From contig OU015568.1 in NCBI GenBank assembly GCA_907165135.1, positions 1,116,001 through 1,180,000 on the forward strand: 64,000 nt of DNA, given 5' to 3'. Below are positions 1 to 12,423 of this stretch, one piece after another. The notes under the pieces were generated by a model. That model made no database searches. It was not told where the DNA came from and worked only from the letters and a program-made list of their open reading frames with translations. Each line of letters begins with the position of its first letter. Position 1 is the first letter of the stretch. A program made the position numbers and the translations under genes. The stretch is from Oikopleura dioica. Lineage: Eukaryota; Animalia; Chordata.

Positions 1-1278
1 CTGGTTATTTGGAAGAAACATTCTCAATATGCGTAAATTGTTATGCCACGTGACAGGGCAAAATGTCAGCCTGGCTGACAATGCTGAGGGTCGGCTGAAT
101 TTTTTAACGTGTAGCGTCAAAACCACGTGTATATCAATTCAGGTGTTCTGTTTCGTTTCTGGTTTTTGCACGATAATTTGCGGCAATAAATCGGCATTTT
201 TCAAAGATTTTTTACCTAATCAAAATCAATCGAAAATTGCATCTACAATTCGATCCTTCACCTTACTTCTCCGGTAACCAAATTCTGTGTGCGAAAATCT
301 CTCAAGCCCATAATGGTAATGGCATCTTCGGGTGAACAGGGCGGCACACCGCGCGAAAGAGATTGCGGTGCAAAATTAGACCATGCGCGGAAACGTGGTG
401 CCGTTTACTCTCAACGGGGTCATCAATACATTCTTATCGGTTTCCCCCGACTTTTTAGACCACTTCGCTGCGATAACCTTTTGAATCAACAGTTTCTAGA
501 GCAACACAAGCCGCTGCTGCTAAATCACTCCGTGTGCGCCACTTTGTTCGGGGCTAATCCCGCATCAAAATTCACCAGTTGCGGTAACTTGTTCATCCCC
601 ATCGGAGGATCATCCCTTAGCTCGGAATTTTAGGCCTCAGACAGAGCGGAAAGATTAGCGAAGATTAGCACTGAATCAAGAGACCTTTTCGAAATCTAAA
701 AGCCACAGACTTTGGTCAACGCATCTTTAGATTGCCTTTGTTTCTCAAAAATATACAGTTAATTCTCGATAAAAATGACACTGCACCTTTTGTTCAAGAA
801 AAGTAGTTTCCTGCTAGCCCTGTTCGTTAATTACAACCTTGGATCAAACTTTGGCCTGAGTAAACGTCCAAACATCCCAATTACTGATCTGGCATCTGGC
901 TCTTGAATTTCATAAGCAGCTTCGAGTGCCTGGAATAATATTTTATCATGTCTCTTTCGTACCCGACAAGAGAAAAAATCATGTTCTTGCGTCACCCGCT
1001 TTATTTTTGCAAAAAAATGACTCCATCAAAAAACTCAATGATCAACTTGAAAATGGATAAGAACTGTCTTCCTGCATTTCTTCTGACTGTCATTTATTCG
1101 TTCAGTGAAAGAATGCCAGGTTACAAACAGCAAGGTTGAAATTGCGAGTGCCACAGAAAACACATTACTCGATTACTTCGATATTAATGAACTCACTAAT
1201 GGGTGACACCTTTCCGTATAAAAAAGAAGGAAGAGCGGCCTTCGCTATTCAACAGTTTCTTTTTTGTAGAAGAAAAAG

Positions 1279-1465
1279 ATGAAACTTTCAATAATTTTTG
1301 CCTCTTTCGCTTCTTTTACCAACGCTAGTGGTCCACGCCGTCCAGGACGCTTTTCTCAGAATAAGGTACTGCTCCTTCTCAAATTCTTCTAACCAGCTTC
1401 TTTTTCAGTTCGGCTTATCAGGATATCAATCATTTGACCGAAACAACAAATTCGGCGGATTTTGA
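1279..1465 (+). CDS. 47-aa secreted micropeptide (2 exons; absent from ORF track)
   Basis: ATG 1279, GT-AG intron 1366-1408 (43 nt), TGA 1463-1465, AATAAA at ~1500. Product MKLSIIFASFASFTNA-SGPRRPGRFSQNKFGLSGYQSFDRNNKFGGF, with a hydrophobic signal-like N-terminus. Confidence 0.6.
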
Positions 1466-1789
1466 CGAGATAACCATGTGATTTTATGTCTTGCTGTTCA
1501 ATAAACCGAAAAATCTAAAAATGAGATTCTTCCTTGATTTCAAGGCCATTGTGATAAGAGTTTAATCATTCGAACCCGTCATTGCTGACTATTGGAAAGT
1601 TTTGTTCGTTTCGATGATGTGGTTTAACCGCGTCATAAACTTCAGTAGTCTTCTTTGGTCAGAATTAAATTTGAATAAATATCAAAGCAGGAGGAAGACA
1701 ATTTTGGAGTTCATAAAAGTTGTGGCATACACCCTAGATTCTATTAGAGAGCATCGAAATCGATCATCTCAGGGAAACCATTTTTGCTA

Positions 1790-2874
1790 GTAGCTGCCTT
1801 TGGCGGTCTTATTGAGAGTGCCTTAGTTGACAACTTTGATTTTTCAGCGACCCGAAAACTCTCAAAAGAGGACTGCGTGTAAGCTGAAACTGTTATTTTA
1901 TGTAATTTTTTACGAGAAAAAATAGTGACGCGGATATTTATGAAATTTGCCTTTCCGATTGCCGATTGAAAAATAGGGAGTGCCTTGCTAGCTGTGGCGA
2001 CTCATCGCTCTGTCAAAGTCAATGCCGAGTCGATTATGGAGGTAGATTTCCGAAATAAAAAGATGATAGTAATGTTAAGATTGCAACTCATCCTGTCCTT
2101 GTGGCCTTGATTGCCCAATCGGCTGCGAAGGCTGCTCTCATCCTCTTTGTCCCCAGGTTATTTTTCTACAAAAAAATCTCAAAAACTTGCGATTCAAGCC
2201 AACAACGACGACAACGAGAACTACTTCAACCACGAATAACTTTCAAACAGATGACAGAATCGGCTTTCTTACTTATGACAGAAACGTAAGTCTCCTTATT
2301 TGTTGTTTTCGTTAATTGTTGTTGACTCAAGATGACTGTCAAATGCGCCACGAAAAAATCAATAGACAAGATGATCGTGAAACACGATTGTATTGACGGC
2401 CCTGATGCGAGACCATGCGACCTCGACCAGGTTCAAACTCATTTTGTCTTTTTGGAATGGACTGGAAGGCAAAACGAGGTTCATATCAACACCCATTACG
2501 ATCTCGAAGGTCCTCCGTTTCGCGCAATGTACTATAAAGACGTATCATCAACTGCAGATCCGCTGCATTTTGGTTTCATAAACCAAGTTCCCTTTCCAGA
2601 ATACAACGAGAACTACGAAGAATTTGGCGATACTTGGATACTTGATCAAGTGAACTGCCAAGAAGAAATCTGCCCGTATCGGATCCGAGCTGGGGAGCAG
2701 CCACACAAAGGTTTTGACTTTTTTGATTCATCTTCCTTCACTCTTTCAGGGTGGAAACGAGATGAAGATCACGTGAAACAAGGAACATGGCTCGCATTTG
2801 AAGAAATTGACGAAAACGACGACAACTTCTTATGGTTCGTTTTCACAAAGAAAGATGAAAATAGCAGCCTTTGA
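1790..2874 (+). CDS. Secreted Cys-rich protein (CPCxxxCPxGC module, Thr tract, unknown C-terminal domain); 5' end uncertain
   Basis: Exons join in frame: LLVAAFGGLIESA...EICLSDC...ECLASCGDSSLCQSQCRVDYG|DCNSSCPCGLDCPIGCEGCSHPLCPQ|PTTTTT..., then ORF 2332-2874. The same Cys module occurs in the gene at 44961-52969. Confidence 0.6.
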
Positions 2875-2922
2875 GCAATTTCTGTTGTTAAAACTAAACT
2901 CGACCCAATTGTTTTAATAAAT

Positions 2923-5179
2923 TTATTTCATAATCATGAAAAGCAAAATTAGAACAAAGCTAGATCTTGAGTTGATTTGAGAAGAATCCGAACTAGTCGT
3001 GGTCGTTGTAGTCGTCGTCGTCGTTGTTGTTGTTGTTGTTCGCGTCGGTTGCAAACAAACAACATTAAACCAATCGTTTTCTACAGTTGTTGTTTCAGTC
3101 ATTATCATTGTTGTTGTCGTTTTTGTCGTCGTTGTTTGATTTCCATAGGTCTTGAAATTCGTTGTCGGCATTTTTGTAAAGAACTCTGTGTGCAAAAGAT
3201 TTGTTTGAACATCTGGATGAAAGGAATAAGGAGCAGTCGATGGTAAAACTGTCGATTCAGGGCCTTTTTCGAGCTTTGCAAAGTTTCGCTATTGACAAAA
3301 AAACTTTAATAAAAAACTTTTCTTGGTCGTATTTTTCAGTATAATAGCCTTCGCACCATCTTATTCGAAAGCCAGTTCCTTCCGTCGGAAGCTGAAATGC
3401 TTTATACGGTGCGATAGAATAATCCGCTCTTTCATTGCCTTCTTTACGGTCAAAAGTTTCAAAATGGACCGTCACATTTTTTTCCACCTTGAAAACAAGG
3501 ACTTTTCCTCTACGAGCGAGGATAGCCGATTGATCTCCTTTCAGAATGAGCTCTTCATTTGCGGTGCAGATATTTAAAACCGTAGCATTGTCGAAAACAA
3601 GAGTCAAATTGGCAGTGTAGCATCCAACAATTTCATGATAATCGAAGTGGAGTTGGTCAAGCACAAGAATCGACCCAGTTTCATCAGCTTTGATTGTCCA
3701 ATTGCAGTCAAGATTCAGGTTATACGGAATATCTTGATCCCAGCCGCTTTCTAGTGGTCATTTTTTACTCTTATCCCCAGGACTGGACAATTCGAAATCC
3801 ACACAAATCTCAACACCCATATTTCGGGAATTTTGCCATCCTGATAAGTCATTAAGGGGGTGGTGGTCGAGACTAAGACTTTTTTTCCAATTTTTTCAAA
3901 AAATTTTTTTTTCTCTGGCTGAAAATAAGTTTAAAAGGGTCCAATTTATGTGGGCGGCTATGTTTGAAAAAAATATTTTCTCGAAAAAATGGTGAAAAAT
4001 TCCTTCAAAGTAGACCGATCTCTTGACCTAAAAAACTCGATCCCCTTATTATTTTTTCGAAATAAAACTTACCGAGAGGAAAGTTTAGTCCCTTAAGCGT
4101 GTGGGCGGCTTAGTTTTAGAAAGTTCACCTTGTTAGAAAAGAAAATAGTAATTGAATGAAAACATGTTGTTTTCTGAAAAATCGTCATTTTCAGTCATTT
4201 TTCAATGAAATTTTCGCAAACATCACAATAATCGTAATTTTTTTAGTTTTTTATTATTAAAATATGATCAAGAAACATAACTTGGCAATGAAAAATCAAT
4301 TTTGAATCGGGTTTAGTGAGAAAAACGCGTTTCAAAACTCCCGAAAATGGTGATTTCATAGCATAAAATCGAAAATAAAGCTGGTCCAATCAAGAGAAGC
4401 TAGAGACCAAAAATGCTCCTTTTTTATCGGGGAATCTAAAATTAATATCAAAATTTTTAAAAGTCGAAAAAAATTTTCTCGACCACCACCCCCTTAAGGC
4501 CGTTTTGGGGTGTTGAGATTTGTGTTGATTTCAAATTGTCCAGCCCTGCTTATCCATTCTGCTGACCATTCCTGTGGCTAAATAAAGCTCTGTTTTCAAG
4601 CTGTATCTCTGCACATTCTCTGTTAACATTCACATAGGATTTTTCAACAGTTACTTGATCTTCGTAATAATATTCGAAATACATCGTAAATTCACTTATA
4701 TCCTCGATTTCAAATGTCATTCTCTTTGGCACGATAATTGATAAGAAGAATTCGCCATTATGCTCAATATACTCTATGTCTCTCCAAGTAAAAATTGGGG
4801 GAGTAAACTTTGGTCCAAACCAATGATGAACTTCGTAAGTCAATCTCTGAGGGTTTCCACCAGGATTAATGAAGATGAATTTCGGATATTTATCCGTCCA
4901 AGAGATCCTTATAGCCATTCTCATCTCCATATCCTCATGTTCATGGTTGTTATTGAACTGGTAGCTGCATTGAAGATCTTTTTCGTATCTCAACCTTGTC
5001 ATGTATTTATCGATGTCGCTACTGGCCCAAGCTGGGTAGTCTTCCGCGTCCAGATTATTTGAAATTTTCACTTTCTTATTCTCTTTCACTGGGCATTCTT
5101 GGATGACTCGGTAGATATAAGGTGAACCCATATCTAATCTCCCATAAATTCCAAGAAATATAAGAATAAACAAAAGCAT
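2923..5179 (-). CDS. Signal peptide + two divergent CUB-like domains + Thr-rich stalk + hydrophobic/GPI-like tail
   Basis: ATG 5179 (MLLFILIFLGIYG). Phase-1 intron 4566-3751 joins ...SHRN to ESGWDQDIPYNLNLDCNWTI (CUB motif). Probable 34-nt intron 3322-3289. Ends TTTTTSSDSSQINSRSSFVLILLFMIMK. Track ORFs 4550-5254, 3257-3664 and 2923-3195 are parts of one gene. Confidence 0.7.
3778..4548. mobile_element. hAT-type non-autonomous element (outer member of a nest)
   Basis: ~45-bp imperfect TIRs (CAGGACTGGACAATT.../...AATTGTCCAGCCCTG). 8-bp TSD CTTATCCC (3770-3777) / CTTATCCA (4549-4556). Confidence 0.8.
3856..4493. mobile_element. TTAA-flanked MITE, copy 1 (nested in the hAT element)
   Basis: 17-bp TIR GGGGGTGGTGGTCGAGA / TCTCGACCACCACCCCC, TTAA on both sides, second copy in opposite orientation at 40201-41097. 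Confidence 0.9.
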
Positions 5180-5520
5180 ACTCAAAAAACTTCGTTTCTT
5201 CAACAAAAACAGCAATTGCTTGAGTGGGAGCACTGCAACCTTTCGATAAGACAAGAAAATCTCGCTGAGTTTTTACGAGCATCCTTTTCTTCCCGCTTTC
5301 TTGTCATCTAGACGTTCTACGCTTTTGGTAACAGGAAAAATGATGCCTTGCAAAATCTATGTCAGTATGTCAAAATGTATGTTTTCGGAATTTCTAGACA
5401 TTCTAGTGGTCCTGGAACTCAATGTTGTTGAAAACGCAAAAGTTGCATTTTTCTCTAGAATTTTTATTTTTACTTCAATTTTGAGCATTTCTTCCTCATT
5501 CTCAGAGATCAACAAGCAAC

Positions 5521-6516
5521 ATGCAGGTATTTTCTTCCTTTTTTAGCATTTTTTTCTATAAATAATTGAAGCCGGGACAACAACCAATCGTCATGAACAT
5601 CCAGCAAAACGCTGGCCCCCAGTACGCACCGCCACCACCACAGCAGCCAAACTATGGGTACCCGACCCAGGCTCAAGCTGCCCCTGCGCCTGCTCCCGTG
5701 GTTATTCAGAAGAACAAACAGGTCTTTAGTAAACAGAGAGATTTCTTGTCGATATGTCGGTTTAGGGAGGTACTTTCTGTTGCATCTGCTGCGTTCTCGT
5801 CGTTCTTGTTATCATTGTCATCGGTGCGATCGCTGGCACTCGCGGCTCTTCCGCACTCCAGCATAAGAACATTTGCGAAATGGGCCCGACTTATGACCTG
5901 ACTTTACCAATCGTTCTTGAGTAAGATAAAATATCATAATTTGAGATAAAAATCGTGACTTTAGAGAACCTGAAACCAACTTGGACAATTACGAAAGCAA
6001 TAAAGATTGCCAAGGTAAATCCAAAAAATATATGAGCATCATATTTAACATGTTCAAGTTGACATTCAAGTTCAAGACAAACAGATTTCGATCGAGTTCG
6101 AGGAATTTGAAGTTGAAGGATCTTATGGCTCTTGCCCTTTCGATTATCTTCAAATTGGAAATGAAACATTTTGTGGTACTGTTCATGCTGGCACTGATAG
6201 TATCTTGGTCGGCGATTCCGTAAGTTTTAAATCATATTTAGTACTTATATGTTATGATAACATTTATTTAAAGGAACTTACTCGCTACACTGAATACGAC
6301 ACTCATCAAAAAAATCTTACTTTCCGGTGGGTTACTGATGGTGTCGCCAACTACCGCGGATTCCAAGCGATTCTTAGACACCAGACTCCAAGTAAGTCCG
6401 AATTATAAGAATAAAAACTCATTCATTTGCTTTTAGAGCCGCAAAATCCAAGCTTCTTTTCGAGCTTCCGATCACTTCTCGCCGAACGCGTCGGTTCCAG
6501 ACAGCCAGAACAATAA
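5521..6516 (+). CDS. Type II membrane protein: Pro/Gln-rich N-terminus, Cys-rich TM, extracellular CUB domain
   Basis: Six GT-AG introns of 44-54 nt (5527-5571, 5722-5765, 5921-5964, 6015-6058, 6220-6273, 6392-6436) keep the frame. CUB motifs NYESNKDCQVDI, CPFDYLQIG, FCG, FRWVTDG..YRGF. Confidence 0.8.
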
Positions 6517-6574
6517 AAAACCTCCCTGCCTTTTTTCTGCATTATTTATTTTTATATCAAACAATAAAATATAA

Positions 6575-9500
6575 TCATTCTTCTGGACATTCACAGGTGT
6601 CTTCCTCGATCGGGTAGCGCTCGTTGTTACAGTGAGCCTCGGAGCAGGTGTCTTTGCAGGAAGCGTAGTCGATGCCGTCTTGGTACTGCATGTGAGCGCA
6701 GGTAGCGGTGGAGACAGTAAAGGCGGAGCAACCGCGATGAACCTCTGTTATGATTTCATTTTCTTCAATGTGAATAACGTCGGCTTATTTTCGGTCAAAA
6801 AGAGACCTCTACTCACAGACTTTTCTCAATTATCCTCAAAATACCGAGAAAAATGTCTCTTCTTGACCGATTTCCTGTAAAACAGCCCTCAGATTGCCAG
6901 CTACCACACTCTTGAATAAAGTCTTCATTATCCAAAAGCTCGTTTGAAGCAAGACAATTCTTGAAATCTGGCCCCTCTTCGCTATTATGCGAGCACGAGT
7001 AGCAATCGATGACAGGAGAAGGATTGGAGAAGTAAGCCAAGATATTGAGATGAGAGTTTGAGTTGGAGCCTTCCATGGTTTCAATGCATTTTTTGAACTA
7101 AATTGATCAAATAAAAAATTTCACAGAACCCTCTCACGTGGAAATTGGAGGAGCTTCCCGCGTTGTTACTGCATTCTGTATGTGGGCCCGCTTCTTGATC
7201 GCCCCTGGTGCAGGTTCGTCTCACCACAGTGTTTTGCTGGCCGTTGATGAGCCAATCAATTTCGAATTCTACCGCACAAAAATTTGCATCCGGTCCGCAT
7301 TCAACGATGAATTCTTCTGCTGGATTCATAAAACAACCTTAAAGTACCATGCATAATTGGAAAATATTAGGGGAAGCGTACCTTCATCAGAGTTTCCGAT
7401 GGTCTCATTCAGATGGTTCCGAGTTTCGGAGCAAGAATAGCAAGAAACTCGCTCTGGCTGAGTCACTGGCTCAGCACTGTTGCAGTTATCTTCAGAACAT
7501 GTTTGCTTACAGCCTGAAAACTTTCATGTAATTATCAATTCTTATGTCTTACTGTTAAATTCTCGTGACACACCATCTTCGTCCTTGGCTTTGAATCCAT
7601 TACAGACAGGCTTTAAATCTTCAATGCCTCCTTCTGTCGCTAGGTTAAACGTAGAACAACCTCTGTAGGTGTCTCTTCTTTTGTAACCATCCACAACTTC
7701 TCGAATTGTATGAGATTGAAAGCAGCCTGCTTGAGCGTAAAGTGGGCATTCTCGAATCGTCTCGTCTCCAGGAGCTTTATCACATGTATTTTCCTCTCCG
7801 TGAATATCTGAAAAATGCTCGCAGACGTGACAAGAAACAACAGGTTCTTGAAGCGCATTATTCCAGAGGCCAACTCCCGATATCGCTTTTTCAAGCTCTT
7901 CTGTATCTTTATTTAGTGGCTGATCTCCCTGTTTTGCGATTGGGAAGGATTGAATGCAATCATTGTACAGAAAAGCGCCGTTGACATCAGAGCTAGATTC
8001 GCAAGTGATTGGGTATTCCGTAGCTTTTGAGCCATTATCTGCACTTGGTGGATCTTCATCAGAGCATCCTCTTGTTATTTGCATCTGTTGTGTGCCGCTA
8101 GGAAGCCATTCGACATGCATTTTTTGAAAACAGGATTTACTAGAAGACGGGCATTGTCGAATATTATCGAAGAAGCCGTCTACGTCAAAGTCGTAACAAC
8201 CTCCTGTTGCAGCGCCGTTGTTGTAGTAACCAGTGCAGACAAAGCAGTAGAGAGGAGGTTCTTCCTCTGGAAGCCCAATCACCTGGTTATTGCAATTGTC
8301 ACCAAAGGCGCAAGTTTGTTTGCAAACTTGATGTTCTATCTTTCCAGCTGTATCTTCTACCGTTGCATCGGAGTAAGTGACACAAGATTGAGAATTCTGA
8401 GTGAACGCGGAGCAGCCGTGAGTAACCGTAGATCTTCCTTCAGGATGTACATCTACAACTTTTCTTGATCTAGCGGCGAAACAAGACGCTCTTGCGTATT
8501 CTGGGCAGGGTGTCTTATTCAGTTGACCTTCAATACCGCTTGCACAGTCATTTTGATCATCATCAGCTACTGATTCCGAAGTGCAAACGTGGCAACTGCT
8601 CACATTATTTTCCGACAACTCTCCAGCGATTTCACTGTTGTCCTTATTACAAGGATCTTCTCCAGCCTCAGCAGTGCAGGTCTTGATACAATGTCGTCGT
8701 CGAAAACCAGCTGTCTTGCGCCCATCGCAAACGATTGTATCCGGATCTTGCTCAAGGTCAAATGAACTGCCGCAGCCTCGGCGAATCGTAGTCGTCTGTT
8801 TGCCAGACGGGAGCCAGTCAACTTCCATTTCCACCACGCATATGTCCTGATTAGGTCCGCAGGGTTCGATGAACCGGTCTGCCGCGTTATTGATGCAGTC
8901 CTCGTCGCCCCAGTTCACGATGTTACCCTTGTAGAAACAGTTTGTCAGTTGCTAAGGGAGTACGTTTACCTCGTGGTCCAAGGTCACTGAGCATGTGTAA
9001 CAGGAAGGAGTAAATTCAACGAGGCCGGAATTGCATCTGTCCTCAGTGCAAGTACTTCTACACGTCTCATAAAGACCGTTGTTACCATTTACGATCCTGT
9101 TCGAAAATGAATGTTGTATAATCAATTTTTCTAGAATCTTACATAGCAAACTCGTCGCATCTTGAGGCTTCATCTGGGAACGCGAAAGGAGAACATCCTT
9201 TAGAAAAATGTTGCAGTTCGTTGTCTGCTCCGGGACTAAGATTGAGCGGGAAAAAGTTAGCATTGAAGCAAGCAAAGTTGGCATAAGGCGGGCACTCGGG
9301 TACATCATCCGATACTCCGGGGTTATTTTGACAGGAATCCTCATCATCGCCATCTCTAGTATCGCAAGTATTACAGATAAGTTTCACTGGTTTTCCTTCG
9401 CCGTCTTTGTTCGTCTCCATCAAGAAAATCGGATCCTGGCCCTCTGGGTAGTCGTTACAGTTGTCTCCGTCCATACACTGATGATAGCATGTTCGTCGAA

Positions 9501-9955
9501 TTCTACCATCTTCTTCTATCAATTCGCAGCCTTGCATTTCTGGTCCATTGGGAAAGCTTTAGAAAAATATATAAAAAATCGACCTTTCATAGCGAATCGC
9601 GAAATTTGGCTAGAGAAAAAAAAGGAAAACTTACAGATTGGCATTGTAAGAGTTGCAACTTCTTCTGAGAGAAAATGTCATGGCCCCCGTTTTATCCCAT
9701 GTCGAGACAAATCTTGATTGGCACGCAATTTTCTGGTTGAGACCGGGTCCGACAACGCATGTCTGCAGGATGTCAGGATCTCCTTCCAAATTGAGACATC
9801 TATCGTCTCCAGCGATTGGATTCCCTTTATGATCCCACTCGATATCGCACACTGGACATAAAATCTGTCCAACTGCAGATCCTAAAAAGCGTTTTGGTTG
9901 AAATCTCTCTTGTAGGAAAAATCTTGCCTAAGATAAAACTCGGTAGAAGCTTCAT
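6575..9955 (-). CDS. Secreted protein with 8 tandem Ly6/uPAR(three-finger)-like Cys domains in four A-B pairs
   Basis: ATG 9955 (MKLLPSFILG|SAVG, GC-AG intron 9927-9882). Repeated CxxC...C...C...RxC...C..CN units. TGA at 6575 after CECPEE. No TM or GPI tail. Confidence 0.75.
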
Positions 9956-11185
9956 TATCGAATGAAGTTGCCCGCATTTCCGGCTGGTTGGGACGTCTGC
10001 CCGAACTTTACGAACGGGCCATAATTTCACTTATCGAAAGTTGAGTTTAAAATGTCAACGTTGCGAAAATATCAAAACCACGCCATCTATTTCGAAAGTT
10101 TGAAAAGTAAAACGCCGCATGAAATTTTCTGAAAGCAAAAAAGTGCTCTAAAATAGCGCGTTTATAAGACTAAAAGTGCTGAAACTAACTTCATTTTGGA
10201 TTTAATTAGTGCTCAAAAAGCCAAATACACCCAAGAGGCTGTTCAATCAAGTACCGTATGCGCTGATGCTTTTAAAAAATGCAAGTGCAGATGTCAAAAA
10301 TTGATGCAGGAGGATAAATGAGCAAATTAAATATGCCGCTTATTTGTACCCAGTACATTAGTTACTTGAAATTTCTCGTTGAAAAATTCTTTTGAATTTT
10401 ACTTCCAAATATATTTTTTATTTGATTAAAAATTCGATCATGAAAAACTAAAAGAAAAAATTGAAAAAGGGCAAAAATGAAAATTTGCAACTAAAGAAAC
10501 TATATTTGATTTTCAATCATCAATCACGAATTCTGAGCCGAACATTTTGTTTTGGAAGAGTATCGGGCTCTCAGAAAATAATCATGCAGTAAATAATTTA
10601 ATCGACTCCGCAAGCGGCGCACGCTCAACCCTCTCTACAATAAATTATATTGCTACGTCGAAACATTTTTATACAGAAAAAAGGTTGAAAACGTCAATTT
10701 TTCATTTTTCTGATGAAAACAGATTGATAATTATCAACCTGACTCAAAGTCATATTGAGAATAAATGAAGAGACAAGTCTAATAAAAATCGAGTCAGAAG
10801 GAACAAAGTCAGACAAGAGCGAAGATGAGACTCCTGGAGTTGATGGCGGAGGATTTTGAAGAGAGAAATTGGCGATTTTATTTGTGCATGGTTTTGGCAG
10901 TGACCGGACCAGTCATGAGCTGGATTTGCTGCTGGAGTTTAGGAACGCTCAAAATCTACACCGAATTTTGTCCCTAACCCTTACCTAAAATAAGGCTTCT
11001 TTAGTCGGGAAAACAACAACTTTAGAGCTCGAAAAAAGTGTGTTTCGACAGGTACAAACAGGGCCGTTCGCAGAAAACTCTTCCTGAAAAAGTATGAATA
11101 GATGCTCATCAAAAAAATAATGCCTGAATGTTATCTTTTCCTGCCTGTACTTAAATGCACTTGAATAATTTCTAGAGCCATTAAT

Positions 11186-12150
11186 TTATTGAAGAGAAGC
11201 CTTAAGAGCTCCGTAAAGTTTGTTTACAGATTCATTCGAGTCTGACGTCAGATATACAGTTTTCTTCGCGCTGATGATTTTCAGCACTTTCCTCTTGTCT
11301 TGAAAGTCTTCTATGATTTGAACAGAATTGAGCTGTTTATTGGTGATTTCTTCTTTTTTTGATTTCAGGTCGATTTTTAAATTTCCTTGGTGAAATTCGA
11401 CCTGGGCTTCGTGCCATTTTCCACGGCCGAAGAGCGCCGTTTGAAATTTAAGCATGTCTTGAGAGAAAGAAATGGAAAGGGTTGAAGATGTTCTTCGATT
11501 TGCTACAGAAGGGTCCGCATCGTCAGGGTAGAGGGTAACGTAGTTTGAGAGGTCCTGGAAGTCTGCTTTGTTTAATCCTGTGTGTAGATGAAGAACAGTC
11601 TGAATGAAGGAAAATTCTCTTGGGAAAGGGATTTGGGTAGATTTACTTGATTAGATTGCTCGTCGAAAAAGCGCAGTCTCAACTTTAAAGCGGCCAATTC
11701 CTCGTGTAAATATCGCTCAGAAGGGAAAAGATTGTGATCCCCAATGACGATGCTTCCATCAAGACGGGCCAAGATCTTGAAATGATAGACTTCACCATGT
11801 TTTAAGGAGATACATGGAGAATTGTCTGATGATTTTCTCAGAAGAAATGTTCCATCTTAAAATTTAGTTCACAAGAAAGCCAGATATCAGTGTAAAAGGA
11901 GAAGAGAAAAAAACGATTTACCAACAAATTGGTTATTTTGCCGAAGGGGTTAAAAGTTGAACTGACCTAAACTGTTGCATAAAATACTATGCGCAACTTC
12001 TCTCGAGCAGTTTTTCCAGAAAAAGGTCAGTTTCTCATAATCTTCCGTGAGCATCGTTAAGTAAATGATATTCAAGAAATCGAAACAAAAGAAAGGAAAA
12101 GTTCCTGACTCTGAGTTTCTCTTTTGGCGTGTAGTATAACTCAGCGTCAT
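11186..12150 (-). CDS. SH2 + PH domain adaptor (DAPP1/Bam32-like architecture)
   Basis: SH2 motifs FWKNCSREVAHSIL, DGTFLLRKS, GEVYHFKI..DG.IVIG. Linker with SNYVTL. C-terminal PH-like exon 11186-11455. 5' exon boundaries approximate. Confidence 0.7.
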
Positions 12151-12423
12151 AATCGTAAAAAATCAAGAAGAAACGTAACCGTCAGCTAATATTTGCAGGT
12201 TATGCTTGCGAAGCCCGCGCTGAATTAGCGGGCTTTATTGGTGAACTTTAGGACTTACCATATTTGATCAAAAGCTAGAAACGAGTCCTTGATTTAATAA
12301 ATTTCCCGTCTAAAATTATAAAATAGACAATCTCAAAACGGAAATGGCCCAAATTTCAATCATAAAACCTCGCCGCACATAGCATTTATTTTGCATTATT
12401 TTTTGATTTTGCATAATTGAAAA

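Noticed and set aside
29-1139. ORFs 29-277, 289-633 and 948-1139, plus exon-like minus-strand segments
   Set aside because: No recognisable motifs, and I could not build a stop-free spliced model on either strand.
2977-3246. Arg/Cys-rich and poly-Val ORFs (also 32344-33118, 36781-37272 and 37868-38326)
   Set aside because: They are antisense shadows of Thr-codon (ACN) repeats in mucin-like stalks.
4550-4566. Stop codon of ORF 4550-5254 as a true gene end
   Set aside because: It lies in the hAT TSD inside an intron, and a phase-compatible splice continues the CUB domain.
6784-6874. GA-AG intron in the last LU repeat
   Set aside because: A canonical GT donor at 6844 gives an in-frame 61-nt intron.
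8952-8970. Apparent 18-nt GT-AG micro-intron in the LU-repeat gene
   Set aside because: A downstream AG gives a normal 42-nt intron and a product (DHEGNIVNWGDEDC) that aligns better with repeat 1.
10828-10978. Short hydrophobic ORF MRLLELMAEDFEERNWRFYLCMVLAVTG...
   Set aside because: About 50 aa with no homology cue or splice support, so it cannot be distinguished from chance.
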